Source: an uncultured Bacteroidota bacterium (GTDB lineage: Bacteria > Bacteroidota > Bacteroidia > Chitinophagales > Chitinophagaceae). Taken from it: 64,000 bases of DNA. The position numbers and the translations under genes were made by a program. The notes below the pieces were generated by a model, which saw only the letters and a list, made by a program, of their open reading frames with translations, was not told the origin of the DNA and ran no database searches. Where the stretch lies: positions 844,419 through 908,418 of the forward strand of contig CAVTJH010000004.1 in assembly GCA_963735015.1 (NCBI GenBank), given 5' to 3'. Positions 50,466 through 60,828 of this stretch are shown here, one piece after another (within the stretch, counting starts at the first letter, position 1; the number at the start of each line of letters is the position of its first letter).

Positions 50466-51838
50466 TTCTTCAGGCTCAATTCTGCGAAGTATTGATGGAA
50501 ATAAGGGATCGTTTCTATGCCCTTATAAAAATTTGCGATATTAAATTTTTCATTGGGTGAATGCAGGTTGTCACTGTCAAGACCAAAACCCATGAAAACA
50601 ATTTTAATTCCCAACTCTTTTTCCAATAATGAACAAATGGGAATACTACCGCCTCCACGTTGTGGCACCGGCTTTTTACCAAAACTGGATTCGATGGCTT
50701 TTTCTGCGGCGATATATGCAAGTGAATCCAATGGAGTCATATAGGGTTCGCCTCCATGCAATTCAAAACAATTTACACTTACACCGGCCGGGGCTATTTT
50801 TTTGAAATAATCCAACAGCAGTCTTGTGATTTTACCTGAAGTCTGGTTGGGAACAAGTCTCGCTGATATTTTAGCCGAAGCTTTGGAAGGAAGCACGGTT
50901 TTGGAACCTTCACCCTGGTATCCTCCCCATATTCCATTGAGTTCGAGCGTGGGCCGGATACCTGTGCGTTCGTTTGTACTAAATCCTTTTTCACCCCAAA
51001 GTGCCCTGACACCCAGATCCTTCATATATTCCTCTTCATTGAAAGGAGCAGCAGCCATTTTTTTTCTGTCTGCAGCAGAGGATTCCAGCACATCATTGTA
51101 AAAGCCGGGAATAGTAATATGGTTGTTTTCGTCGTGACAGCTAGCGATCATCCTGGCAAGCATCGTTATGGGGTTTGCAATAGCACCTCCATACACACCG
51201 CTGTGAAGATCGCGATTGGGTCCCGTTACCTCAACCTGGATATAAGCCAGCCCCCGGACGCCGATTTCTATAGAAGGAGTTTCAAGACTGATCATAGAAG
51301 TATCGCTGATCAGGATCACGTCAGCTTTCAATAACTCCTTATGAGATGCTACGAAGGCACCAAGACTTGGTGAGCCGATTTCTTCTTCCCCTTCAATGAT
51401 AAATTTAATATTACAGGAGAGCGAGCCGGTGCGGTTTAAAATTTCCATGGCTTTCACGTGCATAAAAAACTGTCCCTTATCATCTGCGGATCCGCGGGCA
51501 TAGATCATCCCGTTTTTTATAGTGGGTTCAAATGGCGGACTATCCCAGAGATTCAGAGGATCGGCTGGTTGCACGTCATAATGCCCATAAACTAGGATCG
51601 TGGGTTTTGCAGGGTCTACTATTTTTTCTGCATATACAACAGGATGCCCGGCGGTTTCATAAATCTCAGCTTTTTCAGCTCCTGACTGCAGAAGTGATTT
51701 TTTTACAGCCTCAGCGCATCTAAGCATATCAGGTTTGTGAATGCTATCGGCACTTACAGAAGGAATTCTGAGCATTGCGAGTAGCTCTTCCAAAAACCTG
51801 TCTTTGTTTTCTTCCTGATATTTCTTCCATGCGTCCAT
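50459..51838 (-). CDS. M20 family dipeptidase
   Basis: YGHYDVQP, ARGSADDKGQ, EGEEEIGS, DLHSG, HSPNE. Confidence 0.92.
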   Translation of the reverse strand: MDAWKKYQEENKDRFLEELLAMLRIPSVSADSIHKPDMLRCAEAVKKSLLQSGAEKAEIYETAGHPVVYAEKIVDPAKPTILVYGHYDVQPADPLNLWDSPPFEPTIKNGMIYARGSADDKGQFFMHVKAMEILNRTGSLSCNIKFIIEGEEEIGSPSLGAFVASHKELLKADVILISDTSMISLETPSIEIGVRGLAYIQVEVTGPNRDLHSGVYGGAIANPITMLARMIASCHDENNHITIPGFYNDVLESSAADRKKMAAAPFNEEEYMKDLGVRALWGEKGFSTNERTGIRPTLELNGIWGGYQGEGSKTVLPSKASAKISARLVPNQTSGKITRLLLDYFKKIAPAGVSVNCFELHGGEPYMTPLDSLAYIAAEKAIESSFGKKPVPQRGGGSIPICSLLEKELGIKIVFMGFGLDSDNLHSPNEKFNIANFYKGIETIPYFHQYFAELSLKKV

Positions 51839-51845
51839 AGAAATG

Positions 51846-51913
51846 ATGAGTTATGCGTTATGAACTATGAGTTCTGAATGGTCATCGGTCAACGGTCATC
51901 GGTCAACGGTAAC
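51846..51913. repeat. Stacked 7-mer arms (ATGAGTT x4 and CGGTCAW x5)
   Basis: atgagtt atgcgtt atgaact atgagtt; tggtcat cggtcaa cggtcat cggtcaa cggtaac. Confidence 0.8.
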
Positions 51914-51934
51914 CGCCCGGGGTCGCGAATTTAC

Positions 51935-52930
51935 CTAAAAAGGAGTGTTCACATCATGCTTTTTATTCGGAATGGCATTTTGCATTTCCCATTCGATTTT
52001 TTTAACAAAAGGATGTTCGCGCACTTTGCAGTCGTTTTTAATACAGACGGGACAGCAGGTAGGGATGCAACCATCTGAATGAACAAAAAATTCCATAACA
52101 GATCCAAATTCCGATTGAATGAGTTTGCGGAGCCTGTCAATTTCATCGTGCGCCTCGCGAACATTCAGAAACCATGGCACCGTCATATGACAATCCACAT
52201 GCAACACATTGCCGAATTTTATAACACGCAGATTATGGATATCAATCCAGTTCGGCAGACGGTTATTATTTAAAAGAGCAATTACTTTTCCCAGAATTTT
52301 TTCATCGGCTTCATCCATAATACCCGCAACCGACTTTCGGGCAATCCGATAACCGATGAACATGATCACGAGCGACATAATGATCGCTACAATACTATCC
52401 AGTTGATGTATATGCGTAAGATAAATCAGAACCAGTCCGACCATGATGGCGAGTGTTGCATAAGTGTCGGACTTCAGATGATGACCACTGGCCTGCAGGG
52501 CCTCTGAATCATTTATCTTTCCTTTTTTTACAGCATACAGGCCAACTATAAAATTTATAATAGCGGAAATGCCGATTAGTAAAATACCATAATTGAGTTG
52601 TTGCAATACCCTGGGGTGAATGAGTTGCATGATTGCCTCATAAATAATAAAAACTCCGGCCAGCATGATCAGCGTACCCTCGATGGCTGCGGAAAGAAAT
52701 TCTGCCTTGCCATGCCCATAGGGATGATTGATATCTCGCGGTTTATAGGCAATTGTCAGACTATATAATCCCACCAAACCTGCGATCACATTTACAATAC
52801 TTTCCAGTGCATCGGTAAGGATGGCAACAGAGTGAGTAAGCCACCACGCAATTATTTTTATCGAAAATAAAAGCACGGCTATGAATAGGATCCAGGACTG
52901 AATGCGGAGGGTCTCTTTGCTGTTATCCAC
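51935..52930 (-). CDS. Cation diffusion facilitator family transporter (probable GTG start)
   Basis: SVAILTDALES, HPYGHGKAE, HLKSD, DIHNLR, HVDCH. Confidence 0.9.
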   Translation of the reverse strand: MDNSKETLRIQSWILFIAVLLFSIKIIAWWLTHSVAILTDALESIVNVIAGLVGLYSLTIAYKPRDINHPYGHGKAEFLSAAIEGTLIMLAGVFIIYEAIMQLIHPRVLQQLNYGILLIGISAIINFIVGLYAVKKGKINDSEALQASGHHLKSDTYATLAIMVGLVLIYLTHIHQLDSIVAIIMSLVIMFIGYRIARKSVAGIMDEADEKILGKVIALLNNNRLPNWIDIHNLRVIKFGNVLHVDCHMTVPWFLNVREAHDEIDRLRKLIQSEFGSVMEFFVHSDGCIPTCCPVCIKNDCKVREHPFVKKIEWEMQNAIPNKKHDVNTPF

Positions 52931-53002
52931 GAAATAATTTGTCTGCAAATGTAAAAGGATTCGGCACGTAACGAGGTACCAGGTTCTATTTTTACGCGGG
53001 TT

Positions 53003-54436
53003 TTAAATTTTGCTTTTTTCGGTCTTTGGTCTGCGGAATTTCCTCAATAACCGGTTATAAAATTCCCTGTTGAAAAGCTGAGAGTCATTCATGGCTTTGT
53101 AAGTGAGGAAAATGCCGATGGGCAGGAGTACAAATGTCGCCATCCACATGCCGGAGATTGGCTGCATTACATCTTGCTTTACCAGCTTGCTCCCGAAATT
53201 ATTCAGTAGGAAAAAGATTACGAAAAAGATAACGGCAAAGATTAGCGGTAGACCAACGCCGCCCTTACGAATGATGGAGCCCAGGGGTGCACCGATCAGG
53301 AACAGCACAAGACAGGCAATGGACATGGTGATTTTTTCGTGCCATTTCATCAGGTGCATACGCAGGTTCTGTCGATCGTTTTCATAGTTAATAGCAGACA
53401 TATCTGTACTCGCCTTGATATTACTCATGACCGTATATGATCTCATCAACACAGTATGAAGTACTGAATCAGGTATAACTTGTCTAATGGAATCGATTTT
53501 TGCAACCGATGGCTGGGCTTTCCATGGACTATCCAGATATTTTAAAATCGGAATATTGGGTTTCAGCATATTTCCTGATTGTTTCTGATAGGATGCTGTG
53601 GTTCTTTCCAGAGAATCAATGGTGGTCGCGAGTTGCCGCATATTCAGCATCTGGTAATTATTCTTAAAAGTACTATCGTCTGTTTTATTTAGTTTGAACG
53701 AACTCAGGTCGAATACTTTTTTATATTCTTTGAAACCCATGCGGATGAGCTGGGTATTTGTTGAATAGCGAGGTCCCTTTTCCTGGTAGTTCCATCCGTT
53801 TTTCAGGTTGAACTCCAGGAATTTCTTATCCTTTGAGATTGTCATTTTCCCACTCTGGGCAACGATAGTATTATCCTGCAGCAGGTTGTAATTGTGCTGA
53901 TAGATCAGAATATCATGAATTGTGGAGCCATCTTTTTCCTTTCTTCCGATCTTAATAATATAGCCATCAATTTTATCATAAAATACACCCTCCTTGATAT
54001 CGAATGCCGGCTTGGAGACAATGATATCAAATTTGAGTGTCTGCATTTTTAACTGCGCCACAGGAATGATATAATTATTAAACATAAAAGCGATCCCACA
54101 AATGAACAGGGATGTAATGAAAAGAGGGCGCATGAAACGCAGAAGCGGAATGCCCGCAGATTTTATGGCCACCAATTCGAAAGTTTCACCCAGGTTTCCA
54201 AATGTCATTATGGAAGAAAGCAAAACCGCCAACGGCAATGCCAGCGGTACAAGTGTTGCGCAGACATATAATATAAATCTGCCGATGGTAAACAAATCAA
54301 GGCCCTTACCTACAATGTCGTCGATATAAAGCCAAAAGAATTGAAGAACCAGTACAAAGAGTGTAATAAAAAATGTGGCTATGAACGGACCCACGAATGC
54401 ACCAATAATTAGTTTATCTAATTTTTTTATCACCAC
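53003..54436 (-). CDS. LPS export permease LptF/LptG family
   Basis: IKKLDK, LPLAVLLSSIMTFGNLGE.FELVAIKSAGI, GAPLG.IIRKGG. Confidence 0.9.
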   Translation of the reverse strand: MVIKKLDKLIIGAFVGPFIATFFITLFVLVLQFFWLYIDDIVGKGLDLFTIGRFILYVCATLVPLALPLAVLLSSIMTFGNLGETFELVAIKSAGIPLLRFMRPLFITSLFICGIAFMFNNYIIPVAQLKMQTLKFDIIVSKPAFDIKEGVFYDKIDGYIIKIGRKEKDGSTIHDILIYQHNYNLLQDNTIVAQSGKMTISKDKKFLEFNLKNGWNYQEKGPRYSTNTQLIRMGFKEYKKVFDLSSFKLNKTDDSTFKNNYQMLNMRQLATTIDSLERTTASYQKQSGNMLKPNIPILKYLDSPWKAQPSVAKIDSIRQVIPDSVLHTVLMRSYTVMSNIKASTDMSAINYENDRQNLRMHLMKWHEKITMSIACLVLFLIGAPLGSIIRKGGVGLPLIFAVIFFVIFFLLNNFGSKLVKQDVMQPISGMWMATFVLLPIGIFLTYKAMNDSQLFNREFYNRLLRKFRRPKTEKSKI

Positions 54437-54444
54437 GCAAAATT

Positions 54445-54570
54445 AAGCCTAAAGCCTGAAGCTTAAAGCCTAAAGCAACTCTAAAAGTGTGAAAGTGTGG
54501 TAGTTCATTTTTCATTTACCGCCAACCGCCAACAGTCAACAGTTATCGGTCAACGGTAAACGGTCATCGA
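54445..54570. repeat. Four stacked arms (AAGCCTA, AAAGTGTG, CCGCCAA, CGGTCAA families)
   Basis: aagccta aagcctg aagctta aagccta; aaagtgtg aaagtgtg; ccgccaa ccgccaa cagtcaa cagttat cggtcaa cggtaaa cggtcat. Confidence 0.8.
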
Positions 54571-54572
54571 AT

Positions 54573-54953
54573 TCAATTCCCCAGTCTGTGAAATAAATCT
54601 TTCACCTGATAGCTCCAAAGCTGGGTCTGATCCTTAATATCCTTTTTATCTGCAAAATCTTTTATTAAAAGAATCGTCTGATTGGTAATATCTGATTTTT
54701 CGATCCGAAATTCGAAGAACTCTTCTACAGGAGAGTCGGACCAGTGAAAGCGAACAAATTTATCAAGTTCACTTTCCAAAACTTCGGCCTTGGTGGTCGA
54801 ACCGTTCCATGAAAAGCTAAATATATTATCGCGTTCATCTACCTTATCCGCAAACCATTCCTGAAGTCCGGCCGGGGTACTCAAAAACTCGTATAAAATG
54901 GAAGGAGGGCACTTTAACGAATATTCTAACGTAAACTGCTGTTTCTTGCTCAT
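54573..54953 (-). CDS. START-like domain protein (Bacteroidota START_2)
   Basis: F.LEY, STP.GLQEWFAD.V, FFEFRI, DFAD. Confidence 0.75.
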   Translation of the reverse strand: MSKKQQFTLEYSLKCPPSILYEFLSTPAGLQEWFADKVDERDNIFSFSWNGSTTKAEVLESELDKFVRFHWSDSPVEEFFEFRIEKSDITNQTILLIKDFADKKDIKDQTQLWSYQVKDLFHRLGN

Positions 54954-55262
54954 CTATGGTGCTATTGTTCGTGGGCTGCAATTATAGATAAATATTTGAT
55001 GAACTGAAATTTTTTTTAATTATGCGGAAAGTATTGATAATGAAGAAATCATCCCGACCCAAAATGGGAAACGCTTGTAAATCAGCTCTTTAACCGGTTT
55101 CTCATTTGGTATTTTGAACCTGAATCCTTATATTGACTGAGGTAAATGGAATCTTCTTAACCACATGACAAGAAAAGATTCATTTATACGTTTTTATTAA
55201 TATCCATATATCTGAATTTCAGAAGAACCCATTAACCTATAACCCTTTAAAATTACCTGCCC

Positions 55263-56139
55263 ATGAGTATGCGTCAACTCAAGATCACGAAGAGTATTAC
55301 AAATCGTGAGTCTCAGAGCTTGGAAAAATACCTGCAGGAGATCGGAAAAGTTGAATTGATCACACCGGAAGAAGAGGTAAAACTCGCCATCCGAATAAAG
55401 CAGGGTGATCAGAAGGCCCTTGACAAACTAACTAAAGCCAATCTTCGATTCGTAGTTTCCGTTGCCAAGCAATACCAGAATCAGGGTTTAACCCTGCCTG
55501 ACCTCATCAATGAGGGCAATCTGGGCCTGATAAAGGCAGCGCAGCGTTTCGATGAAACCCGCGGTTTTAAATTCATTTCTTACGCCGTTTGGTGGATTCG
55601 TCAGAGTATCCTGCAGGCACTGGCAGAACAGTCGCGTATCGTACGTCTTCCCTTAAATAAAGTAGGATTAACCAACCGGATAGCGAAAGCCTATTCCATG
55701 CTGGAACAACAGTTTGAAAGAGAACCATCAGCAGAAGAACTCGCCGAGTTACTGGAGCTGGATATTGAAGAAGTATCTTCAACACTTGGTATTGGGGGAA
55801 GGCATATCAGCGTGGATACACCCTTATCCGAAGGCGAGGATAACACCCTCATAGACGTAATGGAGAATCTGAATGCTGACAGGGCCGAAACAAATATTGA
55901 GCATACGGAATCCCTGAAGCTGGATATTGACAGGTCCCTTAAAACGCTTACTGAACGACAAAAGGAAGTTATTTGCTTTTTCTTTGGTATCGGGGTGGAT
56001 CATCCTATGAGCCTGGAAGATATCGGCGACCGGTTCAGTCTTACCCGCGAGCGCGTACGGCAGATAAAGGACAAGGCCATAACCAAACTCAGAAGTAATT
56101 CTGGAGCCAAATCTCTTACGGAATTACCTGGGTATTTAA
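55263..56139 (+). CDS. rpoD: RpoD/SigA-family sigma factor, Bacteroidota type without region 1.1 (C-terminal frameshift)
   Basis: [56 protein letters not shown]; shifted frame ends LLRNYLGI*; could be a paralog of the primary sigma. Confidence 0.85.
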
Positions 56140-56184
56140 TCACTAAACTATACGGATAGAAATAATATTACACTTCATTTTTCT

Positions 56185-56240
56185 TACATTTGCCTTTCTG
56201 AAAAACGTGGATAGAACAAAATGTTTATTCACGTTTTTTC
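56185..56240 (+). promoter_or_regulatory. ffh promoter -7 element and downstream hairpin
   Basis: TACATTTG at 56185-56192; GAAAAACGTGGATA...TATTCACGTTTTTTC. Confidence 0.55.
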
Positions 56241-56268
56241 ATTTCATTATTAATCGGCAGGAGATATT

Positions 56269-57589
56269 ATGTTTGAAAATCTTAGTGAGAAACTGGATTC
56301 GGCCTTTAAGCAGCTGAAAGGGCAGGGCAGAATTACGGAATTAAATGTAGCCGCTACCGTAAAGGATATACGGCGTGCACTGATCGATGCGGATGTGAAT
56401 TTCAAAATTGCCAAGGATTTTACCGATACGATTCGTACAGAAGGCCATGGGCCAGAAAGTGCTGAATGCCGTTAGCCCCGGTCAGTTAATGGTGAAAATT
56501 GTGCAGGACGAACTTACCCAGTTGATGGGTGGCAATGAGAGTTCGTTTAATGCTAAAGGTAATCCTGCTGTCGTCCTCGTTGCGGGTCTGCAGGGTAGTG
56601 GTAAAACCACCTTCAGCGGTAAACTGGCCAATTATCTCAAATCACAGAAAGGTTTTTCCCCATTGCTCGTGGCTGCCGATGTATACCGGCCGGCGGCAAT
56701 TGAACAACTGCGAATACTGGGCAACCAGATAGGCGTGGAGGTATTTACGGTAGAAGGAAGCCAGGACCCTGTTGGCATTGCCAGGCAGGCCGTTGCTGAA
56801 GCTAAAAGCCGGAATAAAAACGTGGTTATCGTTGATACGGCGGGTCGATTGGCTATTGATGAAGCCATGATGACCGAAGTGGCTAATATAAAAAAAGCAG
56901 TTGATCCGCAGGAAATCCTCTTTGTGGTAGATTCCATGACGGGTCAGGATGCCGTTAATACAGCCAGGGCTTTCAACGAAAGACTGGATTTTACGGGGGT
57001 CGTCCTGACCAAGCTCGATGGAGATACCCGCGGTGGAGCAGCACTTTCTATCAAATACACGGTCAATAAACCAATAAAGTTTGTGAGCAGCGGGGAAAAA
57101 ATGGATACTCTTGACGTATTCTACCCCGATCGTATGGCTCAGCGGATCCTTGGGATGGGTGATATCACGTCACTGGTGGAAAAAGCCCAGTCACAGTTCG
57201 ATGAAGAACAGACGCGTAAACTGGAAAAGAAGATCCGGAAAAATCAGTTCGATTTTGAGGATTTCAAACAGCAACTCGATCAGATACGCAAGATGGGTAA
57301 TATCAAGGACCTCCTGGGAATGATTCCAGGGGTCGGCAAGTCTATCAAAGATATTGACATCAGCAACGATTCATTTAAAGGTATCGAGGCCATGATTGGT
57401 TCTATGACGCCTTATGAACGTGCCAATCCGGACTCGATAGACCAGAACAGGAGAAAACGCATAGCTAAAGGAAGCGGAAAAGAAATTCAGGAAGTAAATG
57501 CATTCATGAAGCAGTTTGAACAGATGAAACATATGATGAAATCTATGAATAAAATGCCCATGGGCGGCATGGGCTTTGGTAAACGTTAA
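56269..57589 (+). CDS. ffh: Signal recognition particle protein (+1 frameshift near 56437)
   Basis: [42 protein letters not shown]. Confidence 0.95.
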
Positions 57590-57723
57590 ATTTACCCTTC
57601 ATCAAAAAATAGCACAAATCATTCGGCATTTTATCTTTCATGTATTACATTTGCATCAACGGATTGCTTCTTGCGATCTGTATTTAAACCTTATTAAATA
57701 ACGCATTTAAATTTTTATTTAAG

Positions 57724-58170
57724 ATGCCTGTAAAAATCAGACTCCAAAGACATGGGTCTAAGAAAAGACCATTCTATTTCATCGTCGTAGCCGACATCAG
57801 AGCTCCAAGAGACGGTAAATTCATCCAGAAAATCGGTACTTACAATCCTTTAACTGTTCCTGCTTCAGTTCAGCTTGACCGCCAGAAGGCGCTTGACTGG
57901 CTGCATAAGGGAGCACAGCCGACAGATACGGTTCGTCGCATTCTGAGCTATAAAGGCGTACTATACCTGAAACACCTCCTGCGAGGTGTTAAACTCGGTC
58001 TTTTTGATGAAGCAGCTGCCATGGAAAAGTTTTCCAAATGGCATAGCGAACATGAATTGCACGTAAAAAAACGTCAGGAAGATCATCGTAAAGCAAGACC
58101 TGGTGGAAGACGTAGTCCCGCTCCAACAAGAAGAGTAGAAAGAAAGCAGGAAAACGAAACACAGGGATAA
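57724..58170 (+). CDS. rpsP: 30S ribosomal protein S16
   Basis: VKIRLQR.G.KKRPFY.IVVAD.RAPRDG; TACATTTG promoter at 57646-57653. Confidence 0.96.
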   Translation: MPVKIRLQRHGSKKRPFYFIVVADIRAPRDGKFIQKIGTYNPLTVPASVQLDRQKALDWLHKGAQPTDTVRRILSYKGVLYLKHLLRGVKLGLFDEAAAMEKFSKWHSEHELHVKKRQEDHRKARPGGRRSPAPTRRVERKQENETQG

Positions 58171-58190
58171 ACGATGTAAAATATATTTCT

Positions 58191-58231
58191 AAGGGCTAAC
58201 CTCTGCCATCCGGTGGAAGGTTGGCCTTTTT
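58191..58231 (+). terminator. Terminator/attenuator hairpin between rpsP and rimM
   Basis: AAGGGCTAACCT...AGGTTGGCCTTTTT. Confidence 0.6.
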
Positions 58232-58245
58232 ATATTTATTGAAAG

Positions 58246-58767
58246 ATGGAAAGCAGTTACAGAAATATTGGCAAAATCGTTTCGGTCTTTGGCCTGAAGG
58301 GAGAAATGATTGTACAGCATCACCTGGGGAAAAAAATTGCGCTTAAAAAAATCAAAGTGATTTTTCTTGAACAAAAAAAAGAAGAGTTATTGCCCTGGTT
58401 CGTGGAAGCTGTCAGAAAAAAAGGTGAAGATGATTTGTATATGAAGCTTGAGGGAATTGACAGTAAGGAAGCCGCTGCAAAATTCCTCCGCCGCGAAGTC
58501 TGGATTAAGGAAGAAGAGATGCAGGAACATATCGGGAAAAATAATCCTATCGTGTGGGTTGGCTACCGGATATTGGATCAGGGGAAGGAACTAGGTCCCG
58601 TTCTCGAAGTCATCGAACAACCACACCAGGTGCTTTGCCGCCTTGCAATAGATAACAAAGAAGTATTGATTCCTGTTAACGAACAGACGCTGCAAAAGAT
58701 AGATCATAAAACCCGGGCACTTTTACTTACTCTTCCTGATGGGTTGCTGGAAGTATACCTGGGTTAA
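58246..58767 (+). CDS. rimM: Ribosome maturation factor RimM
   Basis: IGKIVSVFGLKGE, EVLIP, LPDGLL; follows rpsP. Confidence 0.9.
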   Translation: MESSYRNIGKIVSVFGLKGEMIVQHHLGKKIALKKIKVIFLEQKKEELLPWFVEAVRKKGEDDLYMKLEGIDSKEAAAKFLRREVWIKEEEMQEHIGKNNPIVWVGYRILDQGKELGPVLEVIEQPHQVLCRLAIDNKEVLIPVNEQTLQKIDHKTRALLLTLPDGLLEVYLG

Positions 58768-58774
58768 TGTAGTC

Positions 58775-58892
58775 CCGCCAATGGCGGGATGGAATTGTAG
58801 TAAATGAGGGAAAGTGAAAATTGAATGTGGAAATGATAATATGGTAACGTGGTATTTTTTCACGGCCAACTGCCAATCGCCAACCGCCAACG
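58775..58892. repeat. Composite: TCCCGCC palindrome, MITE-like left arm, GCCAACC x4 arm
   Basis: TCCCGCC-aat-GGCGGGA; aattgtag..ggaaatgataat as at 19680-19730; gccaact gccaatc gccaacc gccaacg. Confidence 0.65.
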
Positions 58893-58942
58893 AAATTAAC
58901 ATAATCTGCAAAATATAACCGATCCCTCCACGTTGACCTATT

Positions 58943-60058
58943 ATGAAAAACTATTTTTTTTTCATAAAATACCTTGGCGGCGCTTTCATTTTGATCGTCA
59001 TTTCAATGCAGGTGCAATCCCAGCCAATTACGGGAGTCTGGAGGGGAAAACTCGGTAATTCAAAAGTGGAGCTTAAGCTGGTTCGTAAGGGTGACAGCCT
59101 TATTGGCACTTCCTATTACTATGATTCCAAATCCATCTACAGGCGTTATTCGGTAAAAGGATATTTTGACGATAAAGAAAATGATGTCATCTGGTGGGAT
59201 GACGTTTTGATTGAAGATGGGGCGCGTCGGTTCAGCGGCACAGGTCCTCAGCCCTTGCTCGCGGTTGCAGATTTCAATTGTCCTGGAGAGGGAGTCATGA
59301 AACTGGATGGTAAATCCTCACCTAAAGATGATGTACTAAAAGATAAAAAAGACCTGCACCTGTTGAAAGGAAATTCATCTCCTGTTTTTCCCGATGAATG
59401 GGATTTTCTGATTGAAAATTATGCATACGGTGTGAACCATCCTGAGATCGTGGACAGTATTGAGCAAGTCGCTTTTAATCCTGAACCTGGTTCAACCGGA
59501 GTTGATATGTCAAAGCCATCTCCATCTCAACCAATCGTAAGTTCAGGTACAGTCATGTTGGAGCGTCCACAATCAGATAAAAGAGTCCCGGAAAGATCGG
59601 AGACAATCACTTCACCCCCGCCGGTTTCTTCCATGAACGAAAAATCCATACAGGAAAACAGGGAACCGACTCCTGTTTTGGTTCCTCCTTCCAAAGAAAC
59701 TAACGAAGAGAGGTATGCGAAAACGTCCAGGAAATTACAACAGGTAATTCCTCTGAAAGGCGATTCCATTGAACTCCGGTTCTATGATAACGCGGAGATT
59801 GACGGAGATTCCATTGCTGTCTTTCTGAACGGCCATTTATTAAAGGAGCATATATTACTTGCTGAGCAGGCTTACGTCATGAAACTTGCTGTGACTGACC
59901 TGCAACAGGATAATGAACTCGTGATGGTTGCCGAAAATCTCGGATCTATTCCCCCAAATACATCATTGATGGTAGCGGTGGTGGAGGATAAGAAATATGA
60001 AGCTCATTTGGAAAGTGATATGGGAAGCAGTGCTTTGGTGAGATTGGTGAAACCTTGA
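58943..60058 (+). CDS. Exported hypothetical protein with a Pro/Ser-rich linker
   Basis: Signal peptide; ITGVWRG; C-terminal YDNAEIDGD..NG and AENLGSIPPNT. Confidence 0.7.
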   Translation: MKNYFFFIKYLGGAFILIVISMQVQSQPITGVWRGKLGNSKVELKLVRKGDSLIGTSYYYDSKSIYRRYSVKGYFDDKENDVIWWDDVLIEDGARRFSGTGPQPLLAVADFNCPGEGVMKLDGKSSPKDDVLKDKKDLHLLKGNSSPVFPDEWDFLIENYAYGVNHPEIVDSIEQVAFNPEPGSTGVDMSKPSPSQPIVSSGTVMLERPQSDKRVPERSETITSPPPVSSMNEKSIQENREPTPVLVPPSKETNEERYAKTSRKLQQVIPLKGDSIELRFYDNAEIDGDSIAVFLNGHLLKEHILLAEQAYVMKLAVTDLQQDNELVMVAENLGSIPPNTSLMVAVVEDKKYEAHLESDMGSSALVRLVKP

Positions 60059-60061
60059 TAA

Positions 60062-60246
60062 AAGTCTAAAGCCTGAAGCTTAAGGCCTAAAGCTTAAAGC
60101 TTAAGACAGACAGGGTTAGGCTGAAGGCAAAAGGCGCAAGGCAAAAGGCTCAAGGTGTAATTTCAATATAAAGGTCCCAGTCTTTGTGAAGGCTTTGGAA
60201 TAGCTTTAGAATAGCTTTGGAATAGCATTGGAACAGGTTTGGAACA
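60062..60246. repeat. Three stacked arms (AAGCYTA x6, AGGCAAA x5, GCTTTGGAATA x5)
   Basis: 60062-60103, 60118-60155 and 60192-60246 between convergent stops. Confidence 0.85.
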
Positions 60247-60251
60247 GCCCG

Positions 60252-60728
60252 TCAAATCCAGCGCCTGACCTTCTTTTTATAATTGGTATATGCTTCACCG
60301 AATGCTCTGGTTAAATACTTTTCCTCCCTGCGAATAACCAGAAATGTAATAAACGCAACCAGGAATGGGGTCAGAATCAATGTCCACCAGTTCCCAAATT
60401 GGAGGGCTACGCCTAGATAAATAAATAACATCCCCAGGTACATGGGATTCCGGGTATAAGAATAAATTCCCGTTGTTTGCAGGGAATTAGCCGGTTTAGT
60501 TGGAATGATTGAATTTTTTGTTTTTATAAATTTAAACATAGCAGGAAATATGAAGAATACTCCGGCGAGGTATAATACATATCCAATGAAAAAAGCAGGT
60601 TGTTTATGAAAGAAAAATGCGCCTTTGATGGTAAGGTACCCTTGCAGTATCATAGAAAGAAGAAAAAAACCGGCGTAAAAAAGTGGCGGGGGGATGAATA
60701 CTCCGGGGCTGTCTTTGGCATTTTTCAT
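60252..60728 (-). CDS. Isoprenylcysteine carboxylmethyltransferase (ICMT/PEMT) family membrane protein
   Basis: IPPPL, TTGIYSYTRNPMYLG, REEKYL..FGEAY..Y..VRRW; the ORF-track N-terminal extension is repeat-derived. Confidence 0.85.
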   Translation of the reverse strand: MKNAKDSPGVFIPPPLFYAGFFLLSMILQGYLTIKGAFFFHKQPAFFIGYVLYLAGVFFIFPAMFKFIKTKNSIIPTKPANSLQTTGIYSYTRNPMYLGMLFIYLGVALQFGNWWTLILTPFLVAFITFLVIRREEKYLTRAFGEAYTNYKKKVRRWI

Positions 60729-60751
60729 GTAACGAGGTGTTGGTTTATGAA

Positions 60752-60828
60752 AGGTTAATGGTGTATGGTTAATGGTGTATGGAAATGGAGTTACCACACC
60801 CTCACACACTCACACTTGCTTTTGGCTT
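60752..60828. repeat. Stacked arms after the leuS stop (ATGGTTA/ATGGTGT 7-mers, CTCACAC, GCTTTTG)
   Basis: aggttaatggtgtatggttaatggtgtatggaaatgg; ccacaccctcacacactcacac; gcttttggctttt. Confidence 0.7.

Noticed and set aside
49623-50544. ORF-track entries 49623-49913, 50280-50462 and 50326-50544, and N-terminal extensions of the ABC, ICMT and trmD ORFs
   Set aside because: These are translations of repeat arms or promoter DNA with no protein-like motifs.
55263-56139. Unusually short RpoD
   Set aside because: Bacteroidota SigA-type factors normally lack region 1.1.
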